Assembly (NCBI GenBank): GCA_038214755.1
Contig: JBBQRQ010000049.1
Span: 1 to 36,977 of the forward strand
DNA: 36,977 nucleotides
Source of the DNA: Verrucomicrobiota bacterium
Lineage (GTDB): Bacteria > Verrucomicrobiota > Verrucomicrobiia > Limisphaerales > CANJXF01
Direction: 5' to 3'
The position numbers and the translations under genes are program-made. The notes beneath the pieces are model-generated. The model had not been told where the DNA came from and made no database searches. It was given only the letters and a program-made list of their open reading frames with translations. The number at the start of each line of letters is the position of its first letter. The stretch's first letter is position 1. Of this stretch, positions 1-8,237 are shown piece by piece.

Positions 1-54
1 CAGTTGCTCGGACTGTTGGTAACTTTCATTGGCCCGGCCTTAACGCGCGGGTTG
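1..54. repeat. Inverted copy of 332-385 (3' part of the 290..706 gene), cut by the window edge
   Basis: 1-54 is the reverse complement of 332-385 with one mismatch. Plus frame 1 reads QLLGLLVTFIGPALTRGL versus QLLGLLVTFIGPALTLGL in the minus-strand gene. Confidence 0.9.
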
Positions 55-289
55 GCCCCGGGTTACCCCGCGCCCGCGCACCAACGCGGTTTGCAACCGG
101 GCGCGCCGTTGGGGTTGAAAAAACTCTTTGCCATCGTCCCAGGGTAGCTAAGTGACCCAATCCTTTCAGGATTGAAGAAATCAGGCTGAGAAATGGATAA
201 TGACAAGCAGGGCACATAGAGATCTGAAAGCGGATTTTTCAATTCTTCCTCTGTGCCTCTGTGGCCAAGTTTTTTAAAATGCATCCTTT

Positions 290-706
290 TCAAAAATTTA
301 GATCGTCCATCTTCGGCCAAATATCGTGCAACAACCCGAGCGTTAAGGCCGGGCCAATGAAAGTTACCAACAGTCCGAGCAACTGCGACACGAGGACGAC
401 TTCGCCATTGGCGATCGCGCGCGAGTCAAGTTTCGCCCCCAGTTCGTTCAGGCCCTCCCAACACCCGTCCGCTTTGATATCCAGCGCGCGCAACCAGGCA
501 ACTTCCGCGCCGGCCACCGTCAGAGCGCGAGAGAGGAGCGCGCGAAATCCGCCGACGCCCAGGAGTTTGCCCAGAGGTTGGCGGAGCTCCTCGCAAACGC
601 GAAAGGCCGCGGAATCTTTTGCGCTAGCTGGTTTGCGCGAGGCCGCCTCGTGAGCCAGAAGTCGTCGGGCAAATTCTTTCAGCTTTGGTGTGGCGCTGTT
701 TGACAT
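290..706 (-). CDS. Small helical hypothetical protein
   Basis: 138-aa ATG ORF with protein-like amphipathic composition (LGKLLGVGGFRALLSRAL; LLGLLVTFIGPALT), co-oriented with the upstream receiver gene. Confidence 0.7.
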   Translation of the reverse strand: MSNSATPKLKEFARRLLAHEAASRKPASAKDSAAFRVCEELRQPLGKLLGVGGFRALLSRALTVAGAEVAWLRALDIKADGCWEGLNELGAKLDSRAIANGEVVLVSQLLGLLVTFIGPALTLGLLHDIWPKMDDLNF

Positions 707-746
707 TGGTTAAACTAAAATGACCGGCGATTAATTTGGACGGACC

Positions 747-845
747 GGAGCGCTCAATTTATTCCGCTTTCAACCCGCGCCGCAACCGAAGATTTTGAAC
801 TTCAAAACGCGAACCACGTTGCAGCGCATTGAAAGTCCGCGCTCC
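747..845. repeat. Degenerate GGAG-type REP-like inverted pair
   Basis: GGAGCGC... at 747 and ...GCGCTCC ending at 845, intergenic. Confidence 0.45.
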
Positions 846-888
846 TTCGCGACACGATTAAAGTCGCGACGCAATTTTCCGTTGGAGC

Positions 889-1359
889 TCAAACTTGGGT
901 TTGTTCCGGTTGATAGAGCGGCAACCTCGGCGGGCAAATAAATTTGTGCCACGTGACCAACGCGTGGACGAACGCAGTCAAATCGTCCATGCGGCCCGGC
1001 TTGCGGACATAGCTGTTGGCGTGCAAATCGTAAACGCGCTGCACGTCCACTTCGCGACTGGAAGCACTGAGGACATACACAATCAAATTTTGGTAAGGGG
1101 CGTGGTCACGAACCCATTCCAACACTTCAAAACCGTTGACGCGCGGCATGTTCAGATCGAGCAAGAGAATATCAGGAATCGGGTGGGCCGTGCGGTCAGC
1201 GTATGTGCCTTCACCTTTGAGATAACTAATAGCTTTTTCTCCATCCCGAACGGTTTGCAATTGGGCGGGGACATTGGCTTTTTCCATGGCCATTTGGAAC
1301 AACGTCGCCTCGTCCTCGTTATCTTCGGCCAGGAGGATGGTCAGATCGACAGCTATCAT
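889..1359 (-). CDS. Single-domain response regulator receiver (Rcp1-like)
   Basis: ILLAEDNEDE acidic pocket, LLDLNMP phosphoacceptor Asp and ANSYVRKP; no output domain. Confidence 0.93.
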   Translation of the reverse strand: MIAVDLTILLAEDNEDEATLFQMAMEKANVPAQLQTVRDGEKAISYLKGEGTYADRTAHPIPDILLLDLNMPRVNGFEVLEWVRDHAPYQNLIVYVLSASSREVDVQRVYDLHANSYVRKPGRMDDLTAFVHALVTWHKFICPPRLPLYQPEQTQV

Positions 1360-1470
1360 AGAGCGGCGCGGGTTTTGTACGCTTTGCCGCCGGGAGTTTC
1401 AACAGAATTATCGCCGAATGAAAAAATGCAAAAGAAGAGAAAAAGGAACATCTGCCTCGGATGCTCCTTT

Positions 1471-1497
1471 GGAGCGGCGGTCACAGACCGCCGCTAC
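1471..1497. repeat. REP-like hairpin (GTAG on the minus strand), possible terminator of the peroxiredoxin gene
   Basis: AGCGGCGGTC-ACA-GACCGCCGCT-AC just past the peroxiredoxin stop. Confidence 0.6.
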
Positions 1498-1508
1498 ATA
1501 AACTTCAT

Positions 1509-1988
1509 TTATTTCAGCTTGGTCAACGTTTCTTTGACCGCGTCGAAGTTCGGCAATTCTTTGGGCGAAGGCGTTTGTTCGCTGTATTGCACGGTGCCGT
1601 TTTTATCGATGACGAAGGCCGCGCGCGCCGCGGTGTCGCCCACTCCAGCGAGCATCGGAAAAACCACATCGTATTTTTTGATGACCTCTTTATTCAAATC
1701 GCTGGCGAGCGTGATTTTAATTTTCTCTTTTTCCGCCCAGGCTTCCTGCGCGAATGGCGTGTCAACGCTGACGGCGATCACGTCCGCGTTCAGATCGGTG
1801 TAGGCGTTCATGCCCCCGCTGATAGTGCACATTTCCTGAGTGCAAACGCCGGTGAACGCCGCCGGGAAAAAAAGCAGCACGGTATTTTTTTTGCCGAAAT
1901 TATCGCTCAACTTCACGTCCACCAGGCCGGAAGATTTTTTTGATTTGAGAGTGAAGTCAGGAGCTTTGGAGCCAACTTTGATAGCCAT
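1509..1988 (-). CDS. Peroxiredoxin (AhpC/TSA redoxin family)
   Basis: KVGSKAPDFTL start, FFPAAFTGVCTQE peroxidatic Cys motif and RAAFVIDKNG. Confidence 0.93.
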   Translation of the reverse strand: MAIKVGSKAPDFTLKSKKSSGLVDVKLSDNFGKKNTVLLFFPAAFTGVCTQEMCTISGGMNAYTDLNADVIAVSVDTPFAQEAWAEKEKIKITLASDLNKEVIKKYDVVFPMLAGVGDTAARAAFVIDKNGTVQYSEQTPSPKELPNFDAVKETLTKLK

Positions 1989-2088
1989 AATAGTTTTGGG
2001 TTAAATGAATTGTTAAACCGGCCTGGGTTATAAAGTTTCGGGCGGGGTCGTGTCAAACGGCGATTCACCTGGTAACTGAGAGTCCATT

Positions 2089-2122
2089 ACAACCTTTTGT
2101 TGCATATGCAACAAAAGGTTGT
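2089..2122. repeat. Perfect 34-bp palindrome
   Basis: ACAACCTTTTGTTGCAT|ATGCAACAAAAGGTTGT with no spacer. Confidence 0.9.
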
Positions 2123-2168
2123 TGGGGCGCATCTGGGAGATCTTCGCTACGGACGCCGCTACAATTTT

Positions 2169-3446
2169 TTATTCGTAACGCAACGATTCAATCGGGTCGA
2201 GGTTCGCCGCTTTGTAAGCGGGATAGGTCCCAAAAATAATTCCGACGAGCGAACAAATGCCCAAACCGAGCAACGCCCAATCCACAGGAATGACGGCGGG
2301 CAAGCGCAAAAAATGCGCGGCGATATTTCCGCCGACAATTCCAAACAACACTCCCAGCGCTCCGCCAAATTCACAAAGCAACACCGCTTCCATAATAAAT
2401 TGCGTCATGATGTTTCGTTTCTTCGCGCCAATGGCCCGGCGAATCCCGATCTCGCGCGTGCGTTCGGTCACGGAGACAAGCATGATGTTCATAATTCCAA
2501 TTCCTGCGGCAATCAGCGCGATGGAACTAACGACCGTGACCCCAATTCGAACTGCTCGCGTGAAGGTATTGATCTGTTCCATCATCGAGTCTTTGGACAA
2601 AATTTCGAAATCATCTTCGGCGCCCGGCGGGACTTTTCTCAGCGCGCGCAAAATTCCGCGCACCTGCTCTACGGTGTCGTCATAGCTCGCCTGATTGCGC
2701 GCTTGAATCATAAGACCACTCACTTCCCATCTTCCGCCATAACGCTGGAACAAGGTCGTAATCGGGATGATGGCAATATTATCTTGATTGCCTCCTTCTC
2801 GCGTCCCGCTGGCTTCCAACACGCCAATGACGGTAAAATTAATTCCATTGATTTTCACTCGTTCGCCAACACCCGAACTCACCGGAAACAAAATTTTGGC
2901 CAGACTGTTTCCCAAGATGGAAACCTCGCGCGCGCCTTCGATGTCAGCGTCGGACAAACCACGGCCTTCCCCGACCACCCAGTTTTGCGCCGGGAAACTA
3001 TCTGGAGTGTCTCCCGACAAAACGACTCCGGGAGGCGCTTTGTCGTAGCGCGAGGACATGTCCTGCACGCTATAACCCGCTTCGATCCCAACGCCGCGAG
3101 CGAGGGTTGCGCGTTTTTTTAATTCGACTCCTTGCGCATAAGTGAGGTCTTTTCGCCGCGCATATTTTTCATCGGGCCGATCAAATGTAATTCCCGGCCA
3201 TTTTGAAATGACGAAAGTTTGGCCTCCCAATACGTCCAGTTCCGTTTCAATTCTCGTCCGCATCGCGCGCATCGCCGTCATGACCACGATGATGGAAAAC
3301 ACGCCGACGAGAACGCCGAGCAACGTGAGCGCGGAACGCAATTTGTGCGAGGCCACTGCGTTCAAAGCCATCAAGAAACTTTCTTTCAACTCGGCGCTGA
3401 ATACGCGAAGAAGGTGGAATTTTGATTTGGCGGCGGTGGTTTTCAA
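2169..3446 (-). CDS. ABC transporter permease, MacB/FtsX family
   Basis: KLRSALTLLGVLVGV, GIGIMNIMLVSVTERTREIGIRRAIGA and PAYKAANLDPIESLRYE. Start trimmed to TTG 3446 because the longer ORF runs through repeats; the exact start is uncertain. Confidence 0.93.
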   Translation of the reverse strand: MKTTAAKSKFHLLRVFSAELKESFLMALNAVASHKLRSALTLLGVLVGVFSIIVVMTAMRAMRTRIETELDVLGGQTFVISKWPGITFDRPDEKYARRKDLTYAQGVELKKRATLARGVGIEAGYSVQDMSSRYDKAPPGVVLSGDTPDSFPAQNWVVGEGRGLSDADIEGAREVSILGNSLAKILFPVSSGVGERVKINGINFTVIGVLEASGTREGGNQDNIAIIPITTLFQRYGGRWEVSGLMIQARNQASYDDTVEQVRGILRALRKVPPGAEDDFEILSKDSMMEQINTFTRAVRIGVTVVSSIALIAAGIGIMNIMLVSVTERTREIGIRRAIGAKKRNIMTQFIMEAVLLCEFGGALGVLFGIVGGNIAAHFLRLPAVIPVDWALLGLGICSLVGIIFGTYPAYKAANLDPIESLRYE

Positions 3447-3473
3447 ATGTTTGTGTGATTGGTCCGAATGCCC

Positions 3474-3894
3474 GCCCTCTCCCCCGAGGAGAGATTTCCC
3501 CGAAAATTTTTTCGCGCATTGAACCCCTGAACCAGTAGCCGCCGACGTGAGGAGAAGCGCCTCGGCCTGCAACCGGACATCGCGGCCACGACGCCGGAAC
3601 GCCGATCTCCTGATCGGCTCGGAGGAAATGCTGCTAACATCGAGCCGATCAGGAGATCGGCGTTCCGGCGTCGTGGATAGGCGGACTTGGTCTGGCACGC
3701 GAGTTTCCGCCTCCTCACGTCGGCGGCTACTGGCGGGTTCATGGGGAGGGAGAATTGTTTTCCGTCCAAATTAAATTCGATTGGTTTTTCGCTCGACTGA
3801 AATTCGATTGGTTTTGGGCAGCTCCCTGCCGAATCAACATGCGAAGAACATTTCTGAACTCCCTCTCCTGGGGGAGAGGGCCGGGGTGAGGGCG
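3474..3894. repeat. Nested REP/REPIN-like inverted repeats (four layers)
   Basis: Pairs 3474-3494/3859-3881; TGAACCC ~3520 / GGGTTCA ~3741; 3532-3554/3711-3733 (GTAGCCGCCGACGTGAGGAG); 3586-3621/3641-3676 (perfect 36 bp). Confidence 0.88.
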
Positions 3895-3926
3895 AACGTA
3901 ACACTTTATTATTTTTCATTGGCACT

Positions 3927-5162
3927 TCACTCATTTCGCAAAGCTTCAACCGGATCCATTCTCGCTGCGCGCCACGCCGGAAAAAATCCCGATGCGATCC
4001 CGGTCAAAAGAGAAACCAGAATCGCCAAACCCATCACCGGCAAAGAAAGGGTGACGGGCACCGGCATGAATCTTCCCACCACCAGAGTGAGCAAAAACGT
4101 GATGCCCAAACCGATCAGCCCTCCGAGCAGACAAATAGTCGCCGCCTCAATTAAAAACTGCATCAGAATGGTCCGACGTTTTGCTCCGATGGCTTTGCGC
4201 ACGCCAATTTCCCGAGTTCGTTCCGCCACGGATACGAACATGATGTTCATGATTCCAATTCCACCGACGAAGAGCGACAAGCCAGTGACGAGCAGCCCGA
4301 CCGCCGCGATGATTCCCGCCACGCGATTGAACATGTTGATTAAATTTTCCTGTTGGTTGATCGCAAAATCGTCCGGCGCACCTGGAGCGATGCGTCGGAT
4401 TTTTCTCATCAACCCCTGGAGTTCTTCCTTCGCTTCTTCGATCCGCTCCATCTGGGTGACTTTGACTTGAATTTGGAAATCCGGATTTCGCCAATAACCC
4501 GTCAATAATTGTCGGATGGGAATAATCACTTCGTTGTCCAAACTTTTCATGCCCATGAAACTTCCTTGTTTGGCGAGAACGCCGATGACTTCCAGAGAGC
4601 GCGAGCCGATTCTGATGCGCTTGCCGAGCGGAGTTTCGTTGAGAAATAAATTCGTCGCCACGTCCGTCCCGATCACGCAAACCGCGCGGCCCGCTTCGGC
4701 CTCCAGGGCAGTCATGAACCGGCCTTGTCCCATGGTGAATCCGCTCGTATTTAAAAATTGTTCCGTGCTACCCAAGATCTGCACGCGGCGCGCGCTGTGA
4801 GTGTGGTACGTGACGGTTTGATTCATGGCCACGACGGGCGCGACGGCGCGAGCCAGCGTCATTTGTTTTTCGACGGCCATGGCTTGTGGCAAAGTGATTT
4901 CGCGTCGCTTCATAAACGCGAGCCACTCTTCTTCCGAATGCGCCATCCAACTGCCCCGCTGCACGAATAACGTGTCCGCGCCGATGAACGAAACGCTTTT
5001 GTGAAACGCGCGGTTCATCGCATCAAGCGCCGTGCCCATGAGCGTCACCGTGACGATCCCGATGACGATGCCGAGGGTCGTGAGCATCGAGCGTAATTTG
5101 TTAGCGCGAATGGCATCCCACGCGATGGCCAGGCCTTCTTTAAGTTCGAGGAGGAAATTCAT
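3927..5162 (-). CDS. ABC transporter permease, MacB/FtsX family (second paralog)
   Basis: MNFLLELKEG start, NKLRSMLTTLGIVIG, GGIGIMNIMFVSVAERTREIG and PAWRAARMDPVEALRNE. Confidence 0.93.
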   Translation of the reverse strand: MNFLLELKEGLAIAWDAIRANKLRSMLTTLGIVIGIVTVTLMGTALDAMNRAFHKSVSFIGADTLFVQRGSWMAHSEEEWLAFMKRREITLPQAMAVEKQMTLARAVAPVVAMNQTVTYHTHSARRVQILGSTEQFLNTSGFTMGQGRFMTALEAEAGRAVCVIGTDVATNLFLNETPLGKRIRIGSRSLEVIGVLAKQGSFMGMKSLDNEVIIPIRQLLTGYWRNPDFQIQVKVTQMERIEEAKEELQGLMRKIRRIAPGAPDDFAINQQENLINMFNRVAGIIAAVGLLVTGLSLFVGGIGIMNIMFVSVAERTREIGVRKAIGAKRRTILMQFLIEAATICLLGGLIGLGITFLLTLVVGRFMPVPVTLSLPVMGLAILVSLLTGIASGFFPAWRAARMDPVEALRNE

Positions 5163-5659
5163 TCGGCCGGATGGTTGGATGAAGGGATTTTTGGATTGGT
5201 GGATTTGGGAATTGTTGGATTGGTGGATGAATGGATTGTTGGATTGGGGGAGAATGGCAAGGTATCGCACCACTGATTTGTTCCGCGTTTTTTTTCCAGG
5301 GATTCGATGAGGCGCAGAAGTTTGTTTTCCACTTCGTAGTGCAGCGTATCGAATCGTTCAAAGTCGTCTTCGGTTATTAGACTGACCAGCCGCAATCCGA
5401 TGGAGCGTATCAGTGCTTCGGCGAGCGAACCTTTGGCGACGTAGAGAAATTGCAAATATTCAGGGAGTGAACGACGCCCATAGCCTTCTGCGATGTTCGC
5501 AGAGACGGACTGCGCGGCATCTGTGAACTGTGACTTAAGCTTAAAATCCGACACACCCAGGCACAGACGGAAAGCCATCGCAAATAAATCCATCCCGCGC
5601 TGCCACGCATCAAGTTTCATATAGCCGCGATTCAAATTGCGTCGCTTGGTAAATTCCAT
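5159..5659 (-). CDS. Four-helix-bundle protein (TIGR02436 / 23S rRNA IVS protein-like)
   Basis: YMKLDAWQ, LKSQFTDAAQSVSANIAEGYGR and YLQFLYVAKGSLAE signature. ATG at 5659; an in-frame GTG at 5728 is also possible. Confidence 0.9.
   Translation of the reverse strand: MEFTKRRNLNRGYMKLDAWQRGMDLFAMAFRLCLGVSDFKLKSQFTDAAQSVSANIAEGYGRRSLPEYLQFLYVAKGSLAEALIRSIGLRLVSLITEDDFERFDTLHYEVENKLLRLIESLEKKRGTNQWCDTLPFSPNPTIHSSTNPTIPKSTNPKIPSSNHPAE
5170..5249. repeat. 8-mer tandem array (TGGATTGT/TGGATTGG), downstream arm of the four-helix cassette
   Basis: About 9-10 degenerate octamers, reverse-complementary to 5678-5723. Confidence 0.85.
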
Positions 5660-5677
5660 AAATCCAAAAAATTCTTT

Positions 5678-5723
5678 CATCCACCAATCCAACAATCCAA
5701 CAATCCAACAATCCACCAATCCC
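5678..5723. repeat. 8-mer tandem array (AATCCAAC/AATCCACC), upstream arm of the four-helix cassette
   Basis: ATCCACCAATCCAACAATCCAACAATCCAACAATCCACCAATCC. Confidence 0.88.
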
Positions 5724-5724
5724 C

Positions 5725-6414
5725 TCACCCCCCACCGCGCGACTCATCACTGGCGATGAGTCCGTCTCGAATGCGAATGATCCGCCTCGCGTGTCGGGCC
5801 ACTTCTTCTTCATGCGTCACGACGAAGACCGTGTTTCCTTTTCGGGACAGGTCTTCGAACAGCGCCATGATTTCGTCGCCGGTTTTCGAGTCGAGATTTC
5901 CAGTCGGTTCGTCCGCTAATATTATGGAAGGACTGTTGACTAACGCTCGCGCCACCGCGACGCGTTGACGTTGTCCGCCCGACAATTCATTTGGTTTATG
6001 CGTCACACGATCCGCCAGACCGACACTGGTCAGGGCGTCCAGAGCGACCTGCCTGCGCTCATCGAAATTCATGCCGGAATAAATCAACGGCAGCTCGACG
6101 TTGCGAAGCGCATTGGAACGTGGGAGCAAATTAAAAGTTTGAAAAACGAAACCGATTTCGCGGTTGCGAACTTCCGCCAGTTCGTTGTCATTCATCTCGC
6201 TGACATTCGTCCCATTCAACTCATACGAGCCGGAGGTCGGCGTGTCCAAACAGCCGAGCAAATTCATCAACGTCGATTTTCCGGAGCCAGACGGCCCCAT
6301 GATCGCGACATATTCGCCGCGCTGAATTTCCATCGAAACATCGCGCAACGCGTGAATGGTCTCCGTGCCCATTTGATAACGCCGCGAAATATTTTGAAGG
6401 CGAATGAGGCTCAC
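5725..6414 (-). CDS. ABC transporter ATP-binding protein (MacB/LolD-like)
   Basis: Walker [10 protein letters not shown], signature [19 protein letters not shown] and H-loop VTHE. Confidence 0.97.
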   Translation of the reverse strand: MSLIRLQNISRRYQMGTETIHALRDVSMEIQRGEYVAIMGPSGSGKSTLMNLLGCLDTPTSGSYELNGTNVSEMNDNELAEVRNREIGFVFQTFNLLPRSNALRNVELPLIYSGMNFDERRQVALDALTSVGLADRVTHKPNELSGGQRQRVAVARALVNSPSIILADEPTGNLDSKTGDEIMALFEDLSRKGNTVFVVTHEEEVARHARRIIRIRDGLIASDESRGGG

Positions 6415-6438
6415 GATTATTTATTTCGGAAAAAAGGG

Positions 6439-6584
6439 AAACCACAGATGCACACAGATGAACACAGATTCAGAAAGACACATGGAAGGTCGGAGAAAAG
6501 AAACCGTCAAAAAGGGAACGCGTTAAAAAATCCTTTTTCATGTCCTGTCTTTTATCCGTGTCCCTCTGTGTTCATCTGTGGTTT
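6439..6584. repeat. Inverted decamer arrays with no cargo ORF
   Basis: AAACCACAGATGCACACAGATGAACACAGAT ... ATCCGTGTCCCTCTGTGTTCATCTGTGGTTT. Confidence 0.8.
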
Positions 6585-6592
6585 TAATAAAT

Positions 6593-7921
6593 TTATTTCT
6601 TTTCTTCAACCGACTCGGACTTCGCCACGCCTACAATTATCTCCTTCCCATCTTCCAATTCGCGGCTGATCGCTTTGTAATTTCCCGTCACCACTTCCTG
6701 TCCTTCCTGCAAACCCTCGGTGATTTCAACATAAGTGTCGTCGCTGATCCCGCGCTTCACCGGCAGCATTTTCACGCGATTGTTTTCCACGACGAACACC
6801 ACTTCAATCGGCTTGGCCGCCTCATTTTTCGCCTTGGTCTCGTTGGTCGAACTGGTGATGGACGAATTCGTTTTCGCTCGTGCAATTGAATTTGTTTTCG
6901 CCGCAATGCTGTTGGTCGTTTTCGGCAGACGCGTGGTCACGCATTGAATTGGAACGGTGAGAACATTTGTGCGTGAGCGGGTTTCAATTTCCGCCGTGAC
7001 CGACATGCCGGGACGAAAAGCTTCCTTCTCTGCAAAACGAATTTTTACTTCAAACTTCGTTGCCTCCTGCGTGTTGCCGCCTCCGCCGGTATTGGGCGCA
7101 GTCTTGGCCGAGTTGGCGATCTCCGTCACCGTCCCTTTGAATTTTCTGTCCTTGAACGCATCGACTTCCAACCGCGCATTTTGCCCGACCTCGATCAGCA
7201 CCACGTCGATCTCGCCGATATCCACCCGCGTTTCCATCTCGTTCAAATCCGAGACAATCATAATTTCAGTGCCGGCCATCATCGCAGTGCCAACCACGCG
7301 CTCGCCAATCTGCGAATTTAATTTGGTGATCGTTCCGGTCAGCGGGGAATAAATCGTCGTCTTGGAAAGGTCGTCCTCCGCGCGTTGCAGGGCGGCGTGC
7401 GCCATTTGCACCTGCTGCAACGCGCCCGCCAAAGTGGATTCGGCGACGTTGTGCAGCGTGAGCGCGTCTTCATACACCGAGTCCGAGACCAGTTTATTTT
7501 TGGAAAGCTCCTTGATGCGATTGAACTCCATTCGCGCTTTTTCCAGATTCGCGCGCGCGGCGTTACTGCTCGTCAAAGAATATTGATAATTGGCCTCCGA
7601 AGAATTTCGGCTGGCGATGTAATTGTCCGGTTTGATTTTAACCAGCAGGTCGCCCTTCTTCACTTGCTGACCTTCTTTGACCGGCAATTCAATGATTTCT
7701 CCACTGACTTCCGGGCTGATTTTCACCTGAACCACCGGCTGAATTTTTCCGTTCGCCACGACCAGCTCGGTCAAATTTCGTCGAGCAGCTTTTTCTTTTT
7801 GGATCGTGATCGCGACGGTTTTGTTCTTGAAAAAAGCCACTGCACCCAGCCCCGCGAGAATGAGGACGATCACAGAAAGGGCGATGAGTTTTTTCCGTTT
7901 TGGATTTTTTTGTTTTGCCAT
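6593..7921 (-). CDS. Efflux periplasmic adaptor (MacA/HlyD family)
   Basis: N-terminal TM anchor, VKISPEVSGEIIELPVKEGQQVKKGDLL lipoyl half, coiled hairpin, TIYSPLTG, FRPGMSVTAEI and GLQEGQEVV. Confidence 0.95.
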   Translation of the reverse strand: MAKQKNPKRKKLIALSVIVLILAGLGAVAFFKNKTVAITIQKEKAARRNLTELVVANGKIQPVVQVKISPEVSGEIIELPVKEGQQVKKGDLLVKIKPDNYIASRNSSEANYQYSLTSSNAARANLEKARMEFNRIKELSKNKLVSDSVYEDALTLHNVAESTLAGALQQVQMAHAALQRAEDDLSKTTIYSPLTGTITKLNSQIGERVVGTAMMAGTEIMIVSDLNEMETRVDIGEIDVVLIEVGQNARLEVDAFKDRKFKGTVTEIANSAKTAPNTGGGGNTQEATKFEVKIRFAEKEAFRPGMSVTAEIETRSRTNVLTVPIQCVTTRLPKTTNSIAAKTNSIARAKTNSSITSSTNETKAKNEAAKPIEVVFVVENNRVKMLPVKRGISDDTYVEITEGLQEGQEVVTGNYKAISRELEDGKEIIVGVAKSESVEEKK

Positions 7922-8011
7922 TGTGCGATTCTTTGACCGCGCTTTGAGCGATCAGTTTTGTGGTTTCTCGATGTTTCTTGCAGGTAGTGTGGCGGAGGCC
8001 ACCGTCTTTTT

Positions 8012-8112
8012 ACCGCTAAGGACGCAAAGGTTTTCGCAGAGGAACGCAGAGTGAGAACCTTCCTGCCCAGCTCTTTTTCTTTGACTAATTTCCTTCGCGT
8101 CCTCTGCGTTTA
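8012..8112. repeat. Inverted 9-10-mer arrays (CGCAGAGGA type) with no cargo ORF
   Basis: ACCGCTAAGGACGCAAAGG...CGCAGAGGAACGCAGAG versus CTTCGCGTCCTCTGCGTT. Confidence 0.65.
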
Positions 8113-8237
8113 ATCCGGAAACTCCGTCTGAATCCCGATAAAATTTCATCACCCATAAGCAACATCGAAGAACCAATTTTGTTTTATTTTTTCCAGCGGA
8201 AAAAGTTTTTTTTTGAAATGGAGCGAGGCCTGTTTTT

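Noticed and set aside
697..706. Third TGTTTGACAT match
   Set aside because: It is the reverse complement of the first codons of the 290..706 gene and is probably coincidental.
895..3122. Long plus-strand ORFs (895..1803, 2097..3122) and similar antisense ORFs elsewhere
   Set aside because: Shadow frames opposite well-supported genes.
3443..3949. 168-aa ORF and the N-terminal extension of the permease
   Set aside because: These are translations of palindromic repeats (PSPRPSPPGE, VAADVRRR).
5159..5728. Diversity-generating retroelement (Avd-like gene)
   Set aside because: No reverse transcriptase or TR/VR pair in the window.
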